Shown here piece after piece: positions 1 through 9,764 of a stretch of 33,081 nucleotides of DNA. A program made the position numbers and the translations under genes. Under the pieces are notes generated by a model that worked only from the letters and a program-made list of their open reading frames with translations, had not been told where the DNA came from and ran no database searches. Position 1 is the stretch's first letter. Each line of letters begins with the position of its first letter. Where the stretch lies: positions 1 through 33,081 of the forward strand of contig JASLZZ010000011.1 in the NCBI GenBank assembly GCA_030754595.1. Reading direction: 5' to 3'. This DNA comes from Nitrospinota bacterium. Its GTDB lineage: Bacteria; UBA8248.

Positions 1-2
1 AA

Positions 3-416
3 AATCCTCTCATTCAGCATGGACCGGTTTTTGGGGGGCAGGTCAATATCTCCATGGCGGTGGAGGACTACGAGCCCTACCGCAGACGCCTCGAAGAGCA
101 CGGGGTACCCTACTGCCAGGACCCCAACTCAGCGATTGGCCTCAAGCAACTCTTCTGCCAGGACCCGGACGGTAACGGGCTCGAATTCATGATTCCCGAA
201 TCCTTTGACGAGGCTACGCAAAGGCGTTCGAGCGATACGGGAAGCGGGGCCGGAACCGCCAGCTCGGGGAGCTGGGAGCGGCCGGATGATCCATTCACTA
301 AATCACGGCGGCCCAGCCCTCCCGAAAGAAGTGGCCAACACGCATCCGGCGGTTCAAATGCCCTCATCTTCTCCGTTAATAGATTTATTTTCAATTCTTT
401 ACTGGGGCGTTCTTAA
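3..416 (+). CDS. VOC/glyoxalase-family protein, 5'-truncated by the window edge
   Basis: The frame is open from position 3 to the ATG at 54. The C-terminal VOC signature (AVEDY..L..HGV...GLKQLFCQDPDGNGLEF) is followed by a Ser/Gly-rich tail. Confidence 0.7.
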   Translation, partial: NPLIQHGPVFGGQVNISMAVEDYEPYRRRLEEHGVPYCQDPNSAIGLKQLFCQDPDGNGLEFMIPESFDEATQRRSSDTGSGAGTASSGSWERPDDPFTKSRRPSPPERSGQHASGGSNALIFSVNRFIFNSLLGRS

Positions 417-512
417 ACAATAACATCCTATTTTTTTGGCGTGCTCGACGTCTTCATCCCCATTTTCAGGCGAAAAACCAACCCCTGCTTTTGTCGGCGG
501 ATAATGAGTGGC

Positions 513-2006
513 CTACACCGCCGAGGCGCGCCGCCGGATTCTGCGCCTTCGGCGCGCTCCGGCCCCACCACGAGTGGTTCCATCGGCCGTGCCGGGCGCG
601 GTCCCACCGTGGGAGGTTCCACCGGAGGCGGTTTGCTCCCCGGACCAGCCCTGCCGCTTGGGAGCGCTTCCGCCCGATGCGGATCGACGCTGCTTGGGAC
701 GGGAAGGCCCGGATGCCGCCCTACGCTTGGGCGCCGATCGCCCGGCCGGGGCCTTCCTGGTAGAGGAAGGTCTGGGCTGGCTCAGGTCCTGCCCCCCGGT
801 GGCGGCGGCGTTTTGGTGGGGGTGGTTTTCAACGACGGTGATGGGCCGCTTCGTCACCCGTTCGATGCCGCGCAGGAAGGGGCGCTCCGAGGTGTCGCAG
901 AATGAGAGCGCGATACCCTCGGCGCCGGCCCGGGCGGTCCGCCCGACGCGGTGGACGTAGCTTTCGGGGATGTTGGGCAGCTCATAGTTGACGACGTGGG
1001 TCACGCCGGAGATGTCGATGCCGCGCGCGGCGACATCGGTGGCGACGAGAACGCGGGCGCCCCCTTTCCGGAACCGCGCGAGGGCGCTCTGGCGGGCACT
1101 CTGGGCCTTGTCGCCGTGTATGGATTCGGTCGGGAAGCCCGCTTTTTCGAGCTGTATGGCGAGGCGGCTGGCGCCCCGCTTCGTGCGCGTGAAGACGATC
1201 ACGCGGCTCATGCCGGCGTCCCGGAGAAGATGGGACAGAAGGGCTCGCTTTTTTCCCATGTCGACGAAGAAAACGCGCTGGTCGACCTTCTCGACGGTGA
1301 TGATTCTCGGGGAGACCTCGACGCGGACGGGATCGCTCAGGATCTCCCCGGCCAGGCACGAGACGTCAGTGGGCATGGTCGCCGAAAAGAGCATCGTCTG
1401 GCGCTTCGTGGGCAGGGCGGCGATGATCTTCCGCACATCACGCAGAAAACCCATGTCGAGCATGAGGTCGCCCTCGTCCAGGACGAGGTGAGACATCTGG
1501 CCGAGGCGGACGTGGCCCTGTTCCTTCAGATCGAGCAGACGCCCCGGCGTGGCGACGAGGATGTCCACCCCGCCCGAGAGGGCGCGTACCTGGGAATGTT
1601 GGCTCACTCCGCCCAGGATGACTGTGTGGCGCAGCGGGAGGTGCCGCCCGTAGGAGCGGAAACTCTCCCCTATCTGGAGGGCGAGCTCGCGCGTGGGCGC
1701 CATGATGAGGGCGCGCGGGACGGCTCGCCGGCGGTGTTTGCCGCCGCGCTTTCCATTGCCGTCATCATTTCTTTCGGCATTTCCATTGTTGCCGGGCCGG
1801 CCGGCGAAAAGATGCTGCAGGATGGGCAGAGCGAAGGCGGCGGTCTTTCCCGTGCCGGTCTGGGCGATACCAAGCAGGTCCCGTCCGGCGAGGAGCCGCG
1901 GGATGGCCTGATCCTGAATCGGGGTCGGGTGGGTGTAGTTCTCCGCGCGAAGGGCGCGCTCGAGCGGCCCGGACACGCCGAGATCGGCGAACGAACTTTG
2001 AGTCAT
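513..2006 (-). CDS. rhlE: DEAD/DExD-box RNA helicase, RhlE-like
   Basis: Has the Q motif (F..LG..PTPIQ), [41 protein letters not shown] and a basic Arg/Gly tail. Start moved to ATG 2006, which follows AAGGAAG. Confidence 0.93.
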   Translation of the reverse strand: MTQSSFADLGVSGPLERALRAENYTHPTPIQDQAIPRLLAGRDLLGIAQTGTGKTAAFALPILQHLFAGRPGNNGNAERNDDGNGKRGGKHRRRAVPRALIMAPTRELALQIGESFRSYGRHLPLRHTVILGGVSQHSQVRALSGGVDILVATPGRLLDLKEQGHVRLGQMSHLVLDEGDLMLDMGFLRDVRKIIAALPTKRQTMLFSATMPTDVSCLAGEILSDPVRVEVSPRIITVEKVDQRVFFVDMGKKRALLSHLLRDAGMSRVIVFTRTKRGASRLAIQLEKAGFPTESIHGDKAQSARQSALARFRKGGARVLVATDVAARGIDISGVTHVVNYELPNIPESYVHRVGRTARAGAEGIALSFCDTSERPFLRGIERVTKRPITVVENHPHQNAAATGGQDLSQPRPSSTRKAPAGRSAPKRRAASGPSRPKQRRSASGGSAPKRQGWSGEQTASGGTSHGGTAPGTADGTTRGGAGARRRRRIRRRASAV

Positions 2007-2185
2007 GTAAACGTACTTCCTTCTGCCAGAAGCCGCCGCCCCATCGGGCGGTCGTATGCATCGTGGCTTGTACCGCTTTCCACGCGCATCTGGAGAAGAC
2101 GGAGGGTAACTGGATAGGTCTCGGGACATGAGGCGCTTCCGATCGCAGGAAGCACAACGCGCGATCGCAAGAAATGTCAGCAGGT

Positions 2186-2214
2186 TTTATGCCCTCCCGG
2201 CGCCCGGATGTCAA
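2186..2214 (-). promoter_or_regulatory. sigma70-like promoter for the helicase
   Basis: TTGACA-17 bp-CATAAA on the minus strand, implying a leader of about 170 nt. Confidence 0.55.
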
Positions 2215-2325
2215 GGGAGGCAGGAAGCGGGGTCTTTCAATGGCCTAGCGGACTCCCGGCTCATCCTCCCAAAGCCCGGTCCGGAAGCCCTCCCCTGAAA
2301 CCGGAAAACACCCTGTGAACGGCGA

Positions 2326-2365
2326 ATTCCCGATTAGATGCCACAATTAAAATCAAATCGGGAAT
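2326..2365. repeat. Inverted repeat downstream of emrB (possible terminator or operator)
   Basis: ATTCCCGATTaGAT-12 nt-ATCaAATCGGGAAT; 13 of 14 positions pair; no U-tract. Confidence 0.55.
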
Positions 2366-2408
2366 CAGCCAAGCCCGCCATTCGCGTCGGAGGGGTCCGG
2401 CGGCCGGA

Positions 2409-3998
2409 TCACACCTTCCGATTGGGGGATTTAAAGAACAAAACCAGCGGAACGATCGCCAGAAACATTATCCCCAGGAACATGTAAAGATCGTTATAGG
2501 CAAGCATGATCGACTGCTTCTCCACCAGCCGGTCGGCCAGGGCGAGGGATTTCGCAATGGCGAGGCTCGAGGGGACCTGTTGCTGAAGGAGGGACTCGGC
2601 GATTCCGGCCTTGAAGCGGATAAAGGCCTCGTTCGTTTCCGTGATGTTCGCTATCAGGTTGATCCGGTGAAAGGCGATGCGCCGCTCTAGAATCGTCGTG
2701 AGCAAGGCGAAACCGATGTTTCCCCCCATTCGTTGGGCGAGATTGAATATTCCCGCCGCCGCGGTCGTGTCTTTGGGCTTGACGCTGCCGAGGGAAATCG
2801 TGGAAAGGGTGATGAATATGCAGGGCGCCCCCATTCCGAGAAAAATCAGGCCGGGAAGCATATTCCAAAAACCCGCATCGAGAGAGAGACCGGAGAAAAC
2901 CGCCATTCCGAAAATGATCAGGCCGGCCCCGATCGGTATGAAAATGCGCGAATCGACATACCTGAACAGGCGTCCCACCACGACCAGGGTCGTGAACAGC
3001 ATGATCCCCCTGGGCGCCATCGTCATACCCGCGTGGTAGGGCGTGTACTCAAGAAGGTCCTGGAGGAACTGGGGCAGAATGAATGTCGTCCCGAACTGGG
3101 CAATGCCGAAGAGAAGCATGATGCTCGACCCGACGGCCAGTGGAACGTTCCGAAGCACCCGTAGATTCACGATGGGCTCGTCCGTGCGGAGTTCCCAGAA
3201 CACCAACGCGGCGAGAGCGATTACCGTGACGACGGAAACGGCGATGATCCAATTCGAATCGAACCAATTCTCCTCCTGGCCCCGTTCTAAAAAAATTTGA
3301 ACGCCCGTAATCGCTACGGCGAGAAATGCGATTCCCACCCAATCGACCCTCTGTATCCCCCGCTTGAGGTACGGCGGATCTTTCACGTAGACACTTATCA
3401 AAATAAATCCCACGATGGCGAAGGGAACATTGATGTAGAATATCCAGGGCCACCCGAATTCATCGGTGAGATACCCCCCCACCACCGGCCCGAGGGCCGG
3501 CGCCAGGACGACACCCATGCCGAACCTCGCCATTGCGGCGCCGTGAAGCCTCGGCGGATAGGATTCCCTCAAAATCGCCTGGGAAAGAGGGACCAGGCTT
3601 CCTCCTCCCGCTCCCTGGAGGATTCGGTAAACGATCATTTCGTTGAAGGTGGTTGCCGTTCCGGCCAGGATGGAGCCGAGGGTGAAAAAAACGACGGATA
3701 TGAGAAGAAACCGTTTCCTGCCCAGGAGCGTACTCCACCAAGCGGACATGATGACCATGATGACCTGAGCGATGGTGTAGCTGCTGGCCACCCAGGTGAT
3801 CGTGGAAAGATCGACCCCGAAGGTCCCCCGCATATGCTTAAGGGCGACGTTTACGATGGTCGTGTCCAGGACCGAAATGAACGCAGCGAACATCACGGCG
3901 AACGTCACCATCCTCCGCCTGCCGACGGGGAGGCCCTGCCAGGCGGCGTTGCCTTCCCCGCCGCGGATGGGCGCGGAGGACTCTGTATTCTGACTCAA
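2409..3998 (-). CDS. emrB: DHA2-family MFS efflux permease (EmrB/QacA type)
   Basis: About 14 hydrophobic segments with LDTTIVNVAL, GRKR, RILQGAGGG, LGPVVGGYL and WPWIFYINVP motifs. The TTG start overlaps the upstream TGA. Confidence 0.92.
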   Translation of the reverse strand: MSQNTESSAPIRGGEGNAAWQGLPVGRRRMVTFAVMFAAFISVLDTTIVNVALKHMRGTFGVDLSTITWVASSYTIAQVIMVIMSAWWSTLLGRKRFLLISVVFFTLGSILAGTATTFNEMIVYRILQGAGGGSLVPLSQAILRESYPPRLHGAAMARFGMGVVLAPALGPVVGGYLTDEFGWPWIFYINVPFAIVGFILISVYVKDPPYLKRGIQRVDWVGIAFLAVAITGVQIFLERGQEENWFDSNWIIAVSVVTVIALAALVFWELRTDEPIVNLRVLRNVPLAVGSSIMLLFGIAQFGTTFILPQFLQDLLEYTPYHAGMTMAPRGIMLFTTLVVVGRLFRYVDSRIFIPIGAGLIIFGMAVFSGLSLDAGFWNMLPGLIFLGMGAPCIFITLSTISLGSVKPKDTTAAAGIFNLAQRMGGNIGFALLTTILERRIAFHRINLIANITETNEAFIRFKAGIAESLLQQQVPSSLAIAKSLALADRLVEKQSIMLAYNDLYMFLGIMFLAIVPLVLFFKSPNRKV

Positions 3999-5311
3999 CG
4001 AATGATTGTCGCGTTTTTCTGGGTGCGGCTCGGATAGGCCAGCAGGCGGGAGCCGCTTCGGTCGCGCACATCGACTCGCACCTTGGCGGACATCCCGACC
4101 AACAGGGGATACCGGGGGGGAGGAGATTCATCCAGTAGTATTTTGACGGGAATCCGGCGCGTGACTTTCACCCAATTACCCGTAGCGTTCTCGGCGGGAA
4201 GCAGGGAAAATGCGTCCCCCGTCCCGGAGTAGACGCTGCCCACATGGCCCCTGAAGGGATAATTCGGATAGGCGTCGACGGTGATCGTGACGGGCTGGCC
4301 CACGTGGATATCCTGGAGCTGGACCTCCTTGAAATTCGCCCGGATATAGGCCTTGTGCAGTTGAACGACGACAAGCAGGGGGCGGCCCTGCTCGACATAG
4401 GTTCCCGGGTCCAGGGTTTTCGAAACGTATCCCGAAACCGGAGCCCTGATTTCCGTGTAGGAGAGAAACACGCGGGCGGCCTTCAGGTCGGCCTCCGCCT
4501 CCGCCAGCTCGGCCTTGAGCGACTGAGAAGTCAACTCCTGCATCCGCTCGGATTGCCCCTCGTTTTTCGCCAGACCGATGGAGGCATGGTGCTCTTTCAG
4601 TTGCTGCTTGAGGGCGGCGACCTTCTCCTCCTCCACCATAAGCGCCGCCGTGATGGCTTCGTGGTTGGCGTTGGCGACCTTGAAGTAGGCCTCGACCTGC
4701 GTCAGGTCCTCGTCGGAGATCACCCGCTGGCGGTGGAGGCTTCGCTTTCGCCTTAAATCGTCCCGCGTTCGCGCTAGGGTGGCCGCGGTGGCCTGGGTTT
4801 CCTTGCGCCTCTGAACGAACAGGGCCTGAGCGGAGCGCAGGGTCTTTTTGAGGGTCGCCATCCGGGCGCGGGCCTCATCGAGGAGCCCGGTGACGCGCCC
4901 CTGCGAGTGAATGACGGAGATCTTGCTCGCTTCGTAGCGCGCCCGCGCCACTCCGACGGCCGCGCGGGCCTTTTCCACGGCCACCCGAAAACGCCTGGCA
5001 TCAAGGCGGACAAGCAGGTCCCCCGCGTGTACCGCCTGGTTGTCGGACACCATCATTTCGCTCACGACGCCCGCGACCTGGGGGCTGACGGGGACGACGG
5101 TCGCCTTGACATAAGCATTGTCCGTGGATTCAAAATTGCGAAATTCCTCGCGCCAGACCAAAATTCCCTTATAACCTCCGAACGCCGCCCCCGCTAAAAC
5201 GAGTACGAGGATCACCTTTCGAAGGCGCGATCGGCCACCGATTACGCCCAGGTTGGCGGTTTCGCCGGCTGGAAGATCGATGCGGTCCGATTCGGCGCTT
5301 GGACCGGGCAT
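3995..5311 (-). CDS. emrA: HlyD/EmrA-family membrane fusion protein
   Basis: N-terminal TM, STDNAYV, SPQVAG, a long coiled coil, ANFKE and LLPAENATGNWVKV..RIPV. Start ATG 5311 follows AAAGGTG; 5332 is an alternative. Confidence 0.9.
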   Translation of the reverse strand: MPGPSAESDRIDLPAGETANLGVIGGRSRLRKVILVLVLAGAAFGGYKGILVWREEFRNFESTDNAYVKATVVPVSPQVAGVVSEMMVSDNQAVHAGDLLVRLDARRFRVAVEKARAAVGVARARYEASKISVIHSQGRVTGLLDEARARMATLKKTLRSAQALFVQRRKETQATAATLARTRDDLRRKRSLHRQRVISDEDLTQVEAYFKVANANHEAITAALMVEEEKVAALKQQLKEHHASIGLAKNEGQSERMQELTSQSLKAELAEAEADLKAARVFLSYTEIRAPVSGYVSKTLDPGTYVEQGRPLLVVVQLHKAYIRANFKEVQLQDIHVGQPVTITVDAYPNYPFRGHVGSVYSGTGDAFSLLPAENATGNWVKVTRRIPVKILLDESPPPRYPLLVGMSAKVRVDVRDRSGSRLLAYPSRTQKNATIIR

Positions 5312-5590
5312 CTGATCACCTTTTTCTGTCATCGTGGGCGCCTTCGCTTCGTTGATTTTAGAAAAACGGCGTATCGCCACAGAACATAGACTACACCCCG
5401 GCCGCCTCCCCGTCACCGAGCGGAGGCATCCGGCGTCATTTCGGAGGGTTGCTTGATATTGCCGCCCTAATATGTCGGAGCGTTGATTGTTCGGGGCGAT
5501 GATTGGCGGACGAAGCGCTAAATTTATGATATTTTTCCATCAATTCTCCGATACCCATTTCATTAATCATTAAACAGGGTAGGCTAGGCC

Positions 5591-6145
5591 ATGACCCCCG
5601 AAGAAAAATTCGACGCGGCAATTGATTCGGCGATGAACGACCGCCGGGATTTAATTGGATTTCTGGAAAACCAGACCGACGCCCAGGCCGGATGGGAGCC
5701 TCCCGACGGGGAATGGTCCATCGCCCAGGGGGTGGAGCACATTCTTCTCACCGACGATTTCGCCAGAAAAATGCTCGTCGAGACCCTCGAGACCGCACAA
5801 AAAACGGGGAACTGGAACAATGCGCCCGATAACCCCCAAAAGCTGACCTCGGACCAGCTCAGGCGCCGCGAGCAGGGCCCCGTTCCCGCGCCCGAACAAC
5901 TCCACCCCGTGGAGGGCCGCCCTCTTTCCGAAATGATTCCGCTGCTCATGCCCGCCCGGGAGGAGACGAACAAGGCCCTCGCCCCCTATCGCGAGCGCGT
6001 TCTCGAGCGCTTGAATCCGCCGGCCACCCGCTACGGAAATTTGAATATATACGACCGGATGAACTACATGGGGATTCACGACGCCCTGCACAAAGAGCAG
6101 ATGGAGCGAGTCACGCAGGCAAGCGGTTTTCCGGCTGCCGGGTAA
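5591..6145 (+). CDS. DinB/YfiT-like metal-dependent four-helix-bundle protein
   Basis: WSIAQGVEH near the N-terminus and HDALH..Q near the C-terminus form the His triad typical of DinB_2. Confidence 0.8.
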   Translation: MTPEEKFDAAIDSAMNDRRDLIGFLENQTDAQAGWEPPDGEWSIAQGVEHILLTDDFARKMLVETLETAQKTGNWNNAPDNPQKLTSDQLRRREQGPVPAPEQLHPVEGRPLSEMIPLLMPAREETNKALAPYRERVLERLNPPATRYGNLNIYDRMNYMGIHDALHKEQMERVTQASGFPAAG

Positions 6146-6220
6146 TCGGCGCGGCCGATGCGATTCGGCGCGGCCGGGAGGGTTCGGATTTTTCCGGGGA
6201 CAAATACTGGAGGCAGGCGC

Positions 6221-8077
6221 CTAGCTTTCGGCCTTCTTCTTTTTTTCCTCGAGTAGCGCGTCCGCTGACCCGGGCAGATTGGGGCCGATCTGGCTTTTTT
6301 TCACCCTGAGCACCTTAGCGCCCTTCCCTTCCTTCACGAACATCCAGTCCTTCGTTTCGCCGCGGGCGAAGGTGATCGGCCCGAATTTCTTTCCGCTTTT
6401 ATCCTCGAGAGACACCCGGGCCCGGAATTTCTCGAAATCACGGGGTTCCTCCTTGGCCTCTCCCTCGTGCTCGAGGTCTTTCAGCATGGTGAGAAGACTT
6501 GCGATCGCGCCGCCGTTCGCCTTCCTTCCGGAGGGGTGTTTGATCGTCCAAACCTCCCCGCTTCGGCGAAACACCATTTCAGCGCCCGAGGGGAATTTCA
6601 CCGCCACCCGGGCGATATCCTCTTCCTTCTCGATTTTCGCGAGGCGGCGGTCGCTCAGCTGGAAAGAGGATCTCAGTATCTTGTCGAAGTCCTTTTTGTC
6701 GAACGCGAACAGGCGCTTCGACCCGTCGAGCCGGCCATAGGCCTTCTTGCCGCCGGTCAGAGGCCCGAGGGTGAGGGACTTTTTCACCTCGGGGCCCTCT
6801 TTTTTCTTCTTGATCCAGACGCTCACCCGGTTCACCCCCTTCGGGGCGAGGCCGTACTTCGCCAAATCCTCCGGCTCATCCACGAATTCCACCGCGTTGG
6901 CCCACTTGATGTCCCACAACACGTCGTCGATGTGTTTGTGCCGGGAGGGGACCTGGACCGACTTCCCGCCCGGCCGCGTTACCCGCATGTCCCATTTTTT
7001 CTTGGCCAGCCGCTTGATGTCGATGGACCCGGACGCCCGCTCCAGCTTGAGACGGGTGATATGGTCCACATCGAAGTCGATGATGTTTTTATTCCTCAGC
7101 TTGAAGGGCTCCCGCGGAAAATCCTTGACGACATCGTTGCCGATGAGCATCACCGGCCCGCCCGAGATCCTCCGCGCGTAGTGGACCACCTGCCTGACCG
7201 TTTTCCCCTGGCGGACCGGCAGCGACGCTTCGGTCGGCAGGCCGAGAAGAATCCCATCTCCTTTTTTGTCCTTCTTATCTTTCTTGTCCGTAAAAAGGCG
7301 AATCGCATAGATGGGCATGTCGAGCCCGTAGGGGGTGAGATCCTTGGGGTCCTCTTTCACGAACCGGAGCACTTTTTTGTATTTAAGGGCCGATAGCACG
7401 CCGTCCGCCTCGGTAGAATCCGCCTTGTCCTTGACGGGAGCCGTCATCTCCCAATCCTCCTTGCCCTTGCGAACCACCGTGAAGGAGTTCTTGCCTTTCG
7501 GCTCGACGACGAAGCGTTGAATCTCTTCGGGCTCCATCGAAACGATGGCGCGATCGCGAAGCTCAAATACCTTTTTGTTGATTTTGTTGATGTCGCTGAT
7601 CTTCAGGGTAAAGATGGAGGATTTGTTGCTCTTGATCGAGGAGTACCGAAATTCGCGGGTGGGCGTGCGGTCCCCGATGTGGATGATGACTTCGTTTTCG
7701 TCCTTGAGGCCGAAAGTGATGGTCATCCGGGGCTTATCGAGACCGAATTCCGAAATGTCGGACATCTTGCCTAGCCGGCGGTGGGGTTTAAGATCCGCGG
7801 CCGCCTTGATGACGATCTCCTGCTGGTCTTCGTCCATCAGGGCATCGACCGGCTTCACGAAGCGCCAGTTTTTTTCGGCCCGGATGAGCTGGAAGGGAGC
7901 CTCCTTGCGCTGAAGGGAAATTCGCATCAGGCGCTTCGAGTCGACCCCCTTGAGGATTTTGGCTTTTCGATCCTCCTCGGCCTTTTTCTCGCCGGCCCAC
8001 TTCACATCGTAGAGGTAGTAACCCACCCCAGCGACGAGCAGGACAAGCAGGAGGATGAGATTTTTTTTCGGGTTCAC
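6221..8077 (-). CDS. DUF4340-type membrane-anchored periplasmic protein with repeated domains
   Basis: Single N-terminal TM and repeated 'W....P...A...' / '(F/Y)GL..P' units. Last gene of the Gld-like operon; GTG 8077 overlaps the upstream TGA (GTGA). Confidence 0.75.
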   Translation of the reverse strand: MNPKKNLILLLVLLVAGVGYYLYDVKWAGEKKAEEDRKAKILKGVDSKRLMRISLQRKEAPFQLIRAEKNWRFVKPVDALMDEDQQEIVIKAAADLKPHRRLGKMSDISEFGLDKPRMTITFGLKDENEVIIHIGDRTPTREFRYSSIKSNKSSIFTLKISDINKINKKVFELRDRAIVSMEPEEIQRFVVEPKGKNSFTVVRKGKEDWEMTAPVKDKADSTEADGVLSALKYKKVLRFVKEDPKDLTPYGLDMPIYAIRLFTDKKDKKDKKGDGILLGLPTEASLPVRQGKTVRQVVHYARRISGGPVMLIGNDVVKDFPREPFKLRNKNIIDFDVDHITRLKLERASGSIDIKRLAKKKWDMRVTRPGGKSVQVPSRHKHIDDVLWDIKWANAVEFVDEPEDLAKYGLAPKGVNRVSVWIKKKKEGPEVKKSLTLGPLTGGKKAYGRLDGSKRLFAFDKKDFDKILRSSFQLSDRRLAKIEKEEDIARVAVKFPSGAEMVFRRSGEVWTIKHPSGRKANGGAIASLLTMLKDLEHEGEAKEEPRDFEKFRARVSLEDKSGKKFGPITFARGETKDWMFVKEGKGAKVLRVKKSQIGPNLPGSADALLEEKKKKAES

Positions 8078-9759
8078 TGCAGTTGCCTTCTCCGAACGTA
8101 AACGGCGGCTCCAAAGAGAATCACCAGCAATGGCATGACCCAAACCGTGAACATGCGGACGAATTCGGCCTGGCCGCCGGCCAGGAGAAGAGGCTCTCCC
8201 ACCCGGCGCTTGGCGCGGATTGTGACGAGAGCCTTCTCGCCGCTCAGCCAGTTCACCGAATTGAGGATGAGGTTTCCGTTGCCCTGGGCTCCGATAAAGG
8301 CGTCGCTCGCGAAATCGGCGTCGCCGAACACCACGATGCGCGCCTCTTTCTTGCCTCCGTTCTTGGAATTATCCGCGCCCGAGGGCACTTCACCGGTGCT
8401 CTTCGGAAGGAATTTTTCGAGATCGACCGTCACTGCCGCGCCCAGGGAGACGGGCCCGTCTTTTTTCGTGGCCGGATCGTAGGAAACTTGCTGATCCTTA
8501 ACTTCGATGCGCCCCACCGTAAAACTCCCCTTCCCCGTCCAGGCGAGGATTTCGGTGGAAACGCCCTTTTTGGGATCGGACTTCGCCGATATGCGCCGGG
8601 CCGTCGGGAACATGCTCGCCATCCCGCGCATCTGTTTGGTGATATCGTGGACGCCGTATTGAGTGACGAAGGGGGTGAGCTCGTTTCCGCCCACCAGCGC
8701 GAACTGGACCGCCTGGGGGTCGATGACGAACGATTCGGGGGCATCGACGCCGAATTTCTTGAGCAAATCGGTCAGCCGGCCCTGGGGCGTTTCGGGCTCG
8801 AGAAGCGCCAGAAGCCGCCCGCCGCCATTCAGGTATTTTTCAATAAAACCCGCTTCGGCCTCTTCGATGTCTTTTCTCGGCGCGGCGATGACGAGCAGTT
8901 TCGTGTCCTTGGGGACTCCCTTCTTCCTCAAAAGGAAAAGCTCGTCCACCTTGTAGTTGTCGTCGCGCATGTTCGTCGCGAGGGTGGCCATCAACTGCCT
9001 CCCTCTGCCGACGTGCAGGCGCTCGCCGTGGCCGGTCAGGAAAAAAACCCGCTTCTGGTCCGTCTGAATCGTTTTCAGGATGGCGTTTGCGATGGAGTTC
9101 TCCGAAAGGTCGAAAAACTTCTCGGAGCGGAAACTTTTCTTCTCCTTCCCGCCCGCCTTGGCGTCTCCCGCGGCCTTCCCGGATTTTTTCCCGTCTTTTT
9201 CGAGGCGATGGACGACCACGATTGTTCCGTATGAGTCCACATCGTATTTCTTGGCCGTCCTCGGGGCCGAATCCAGATCGACGAACCGGGATTTCACCAT
9301 TTTCGTCCGGCGGGAGTATTGCTCGAGCACTTTTTTAATCGCCTCGTTCTGGATTTTGGGCGTGAAAGAGATGATCTCGATCCGCTTTTTCTCCGCCTCC
9401 AGCTTGTCGAGAATCTGCAGGGTTTTCCGGGAGAGCGTGAAATAACTTCCGGGCGTCAGATCCCACCGCTTGTTGTGCTTTATCGAAACCAGTTCGACGA
9501 CGGCCAAAATCCCCGTCACAACGACGATCATGGCCCCCACCTGGAATCCCGTCCGCGTCGAGCGGCGCATTCCTCCCTTGAGGCCGTGGCGCGACTCCCA
9601 CAGGCCGAAAACCAGGATGAGCACCCCCAGACCCAGGGCGGCGTAGCCCCACAGCGATACGCCGTCGATGGGATCCTGGAGCACCCATCCGAGGAGGCCT
9701 ACTAACATCAGGGCGATTCCGGCGATGATGCTGTAGAGGTTCAAGTTTGGACTGTTCAT
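8074..9759 (-). CDS. GldG-like ABC auxiliary component
   Basis: N-terminal TMs, RWDLT...FTLS..T, FLTGHGE, GGRLL, VVFGDADF, N..L.LNSVNWL and a C-terminal TM. Confidence 0.85.
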   Translation of the reverse strand: MNSPNLNLYSIIAGIALMLVGLLGWVLQDPIDGVSLWGYAALGLGVLILVFGLWESRHGLKGGMRRSTRTGFQVGAMIVVVTGILAVVELVSIKHNKRWDLTPGSYFTLSRKTLQILDKLEAEKKRIEIISFTPKIQNEAIKKVLEQYSRRTKMVKSRFVDLDSAPRTAKKYDVDSYGTIVVVHRLEKDGKKSGKAAGDAKAGGKEKKSFRSEKFFDLSENSIANAILKTIQTDQKRVFFLTGHGERLHVGRGRQLMATLATNMRDDNYKVDELFLLRKKGVPKDTKLLVIAAPRKDIEEAEAGFIEKYLNGGGRLLALLEPETPQGRLTDLLKKFGVDAPESFVIDPQAVQFALVGGNELTPFVTQYGVHDITKQMRGMASMFPTARRISAKSDPKKGVSTEILAWTGKGSFTVGRIEVKDQQVSYDPATKKDGPVSLGAAVTVDLEKFLPKSTGEVPSGADNSKNGGKKEARIVVFGDADFASDAFIGAQGNGNLILNSVNWLSGEKALVTIRAKRRVGEPLLLAGGQAEFVRMFTVWVMPLLVILFGAAVYVRRRQLQ

Positions 9760-9764
9760 TTCGC

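Noticed and set aside
2007..2129. N-terminal extensions in the ORF track (rhlE, emrA, DUF4340, GldF, acoX, fbpC, secA)
   Set aside because: Downstream starts have better RBS or stop/start coupling and match family N-termini.
6145..6176. TCGGCGCGGCCG twice after dinB and ATTCGGCGCGGCC at 30348-30360 as a REP-like family
   Set aside because: Too short, GC-rich and few to support; a genome-wide count is needed.
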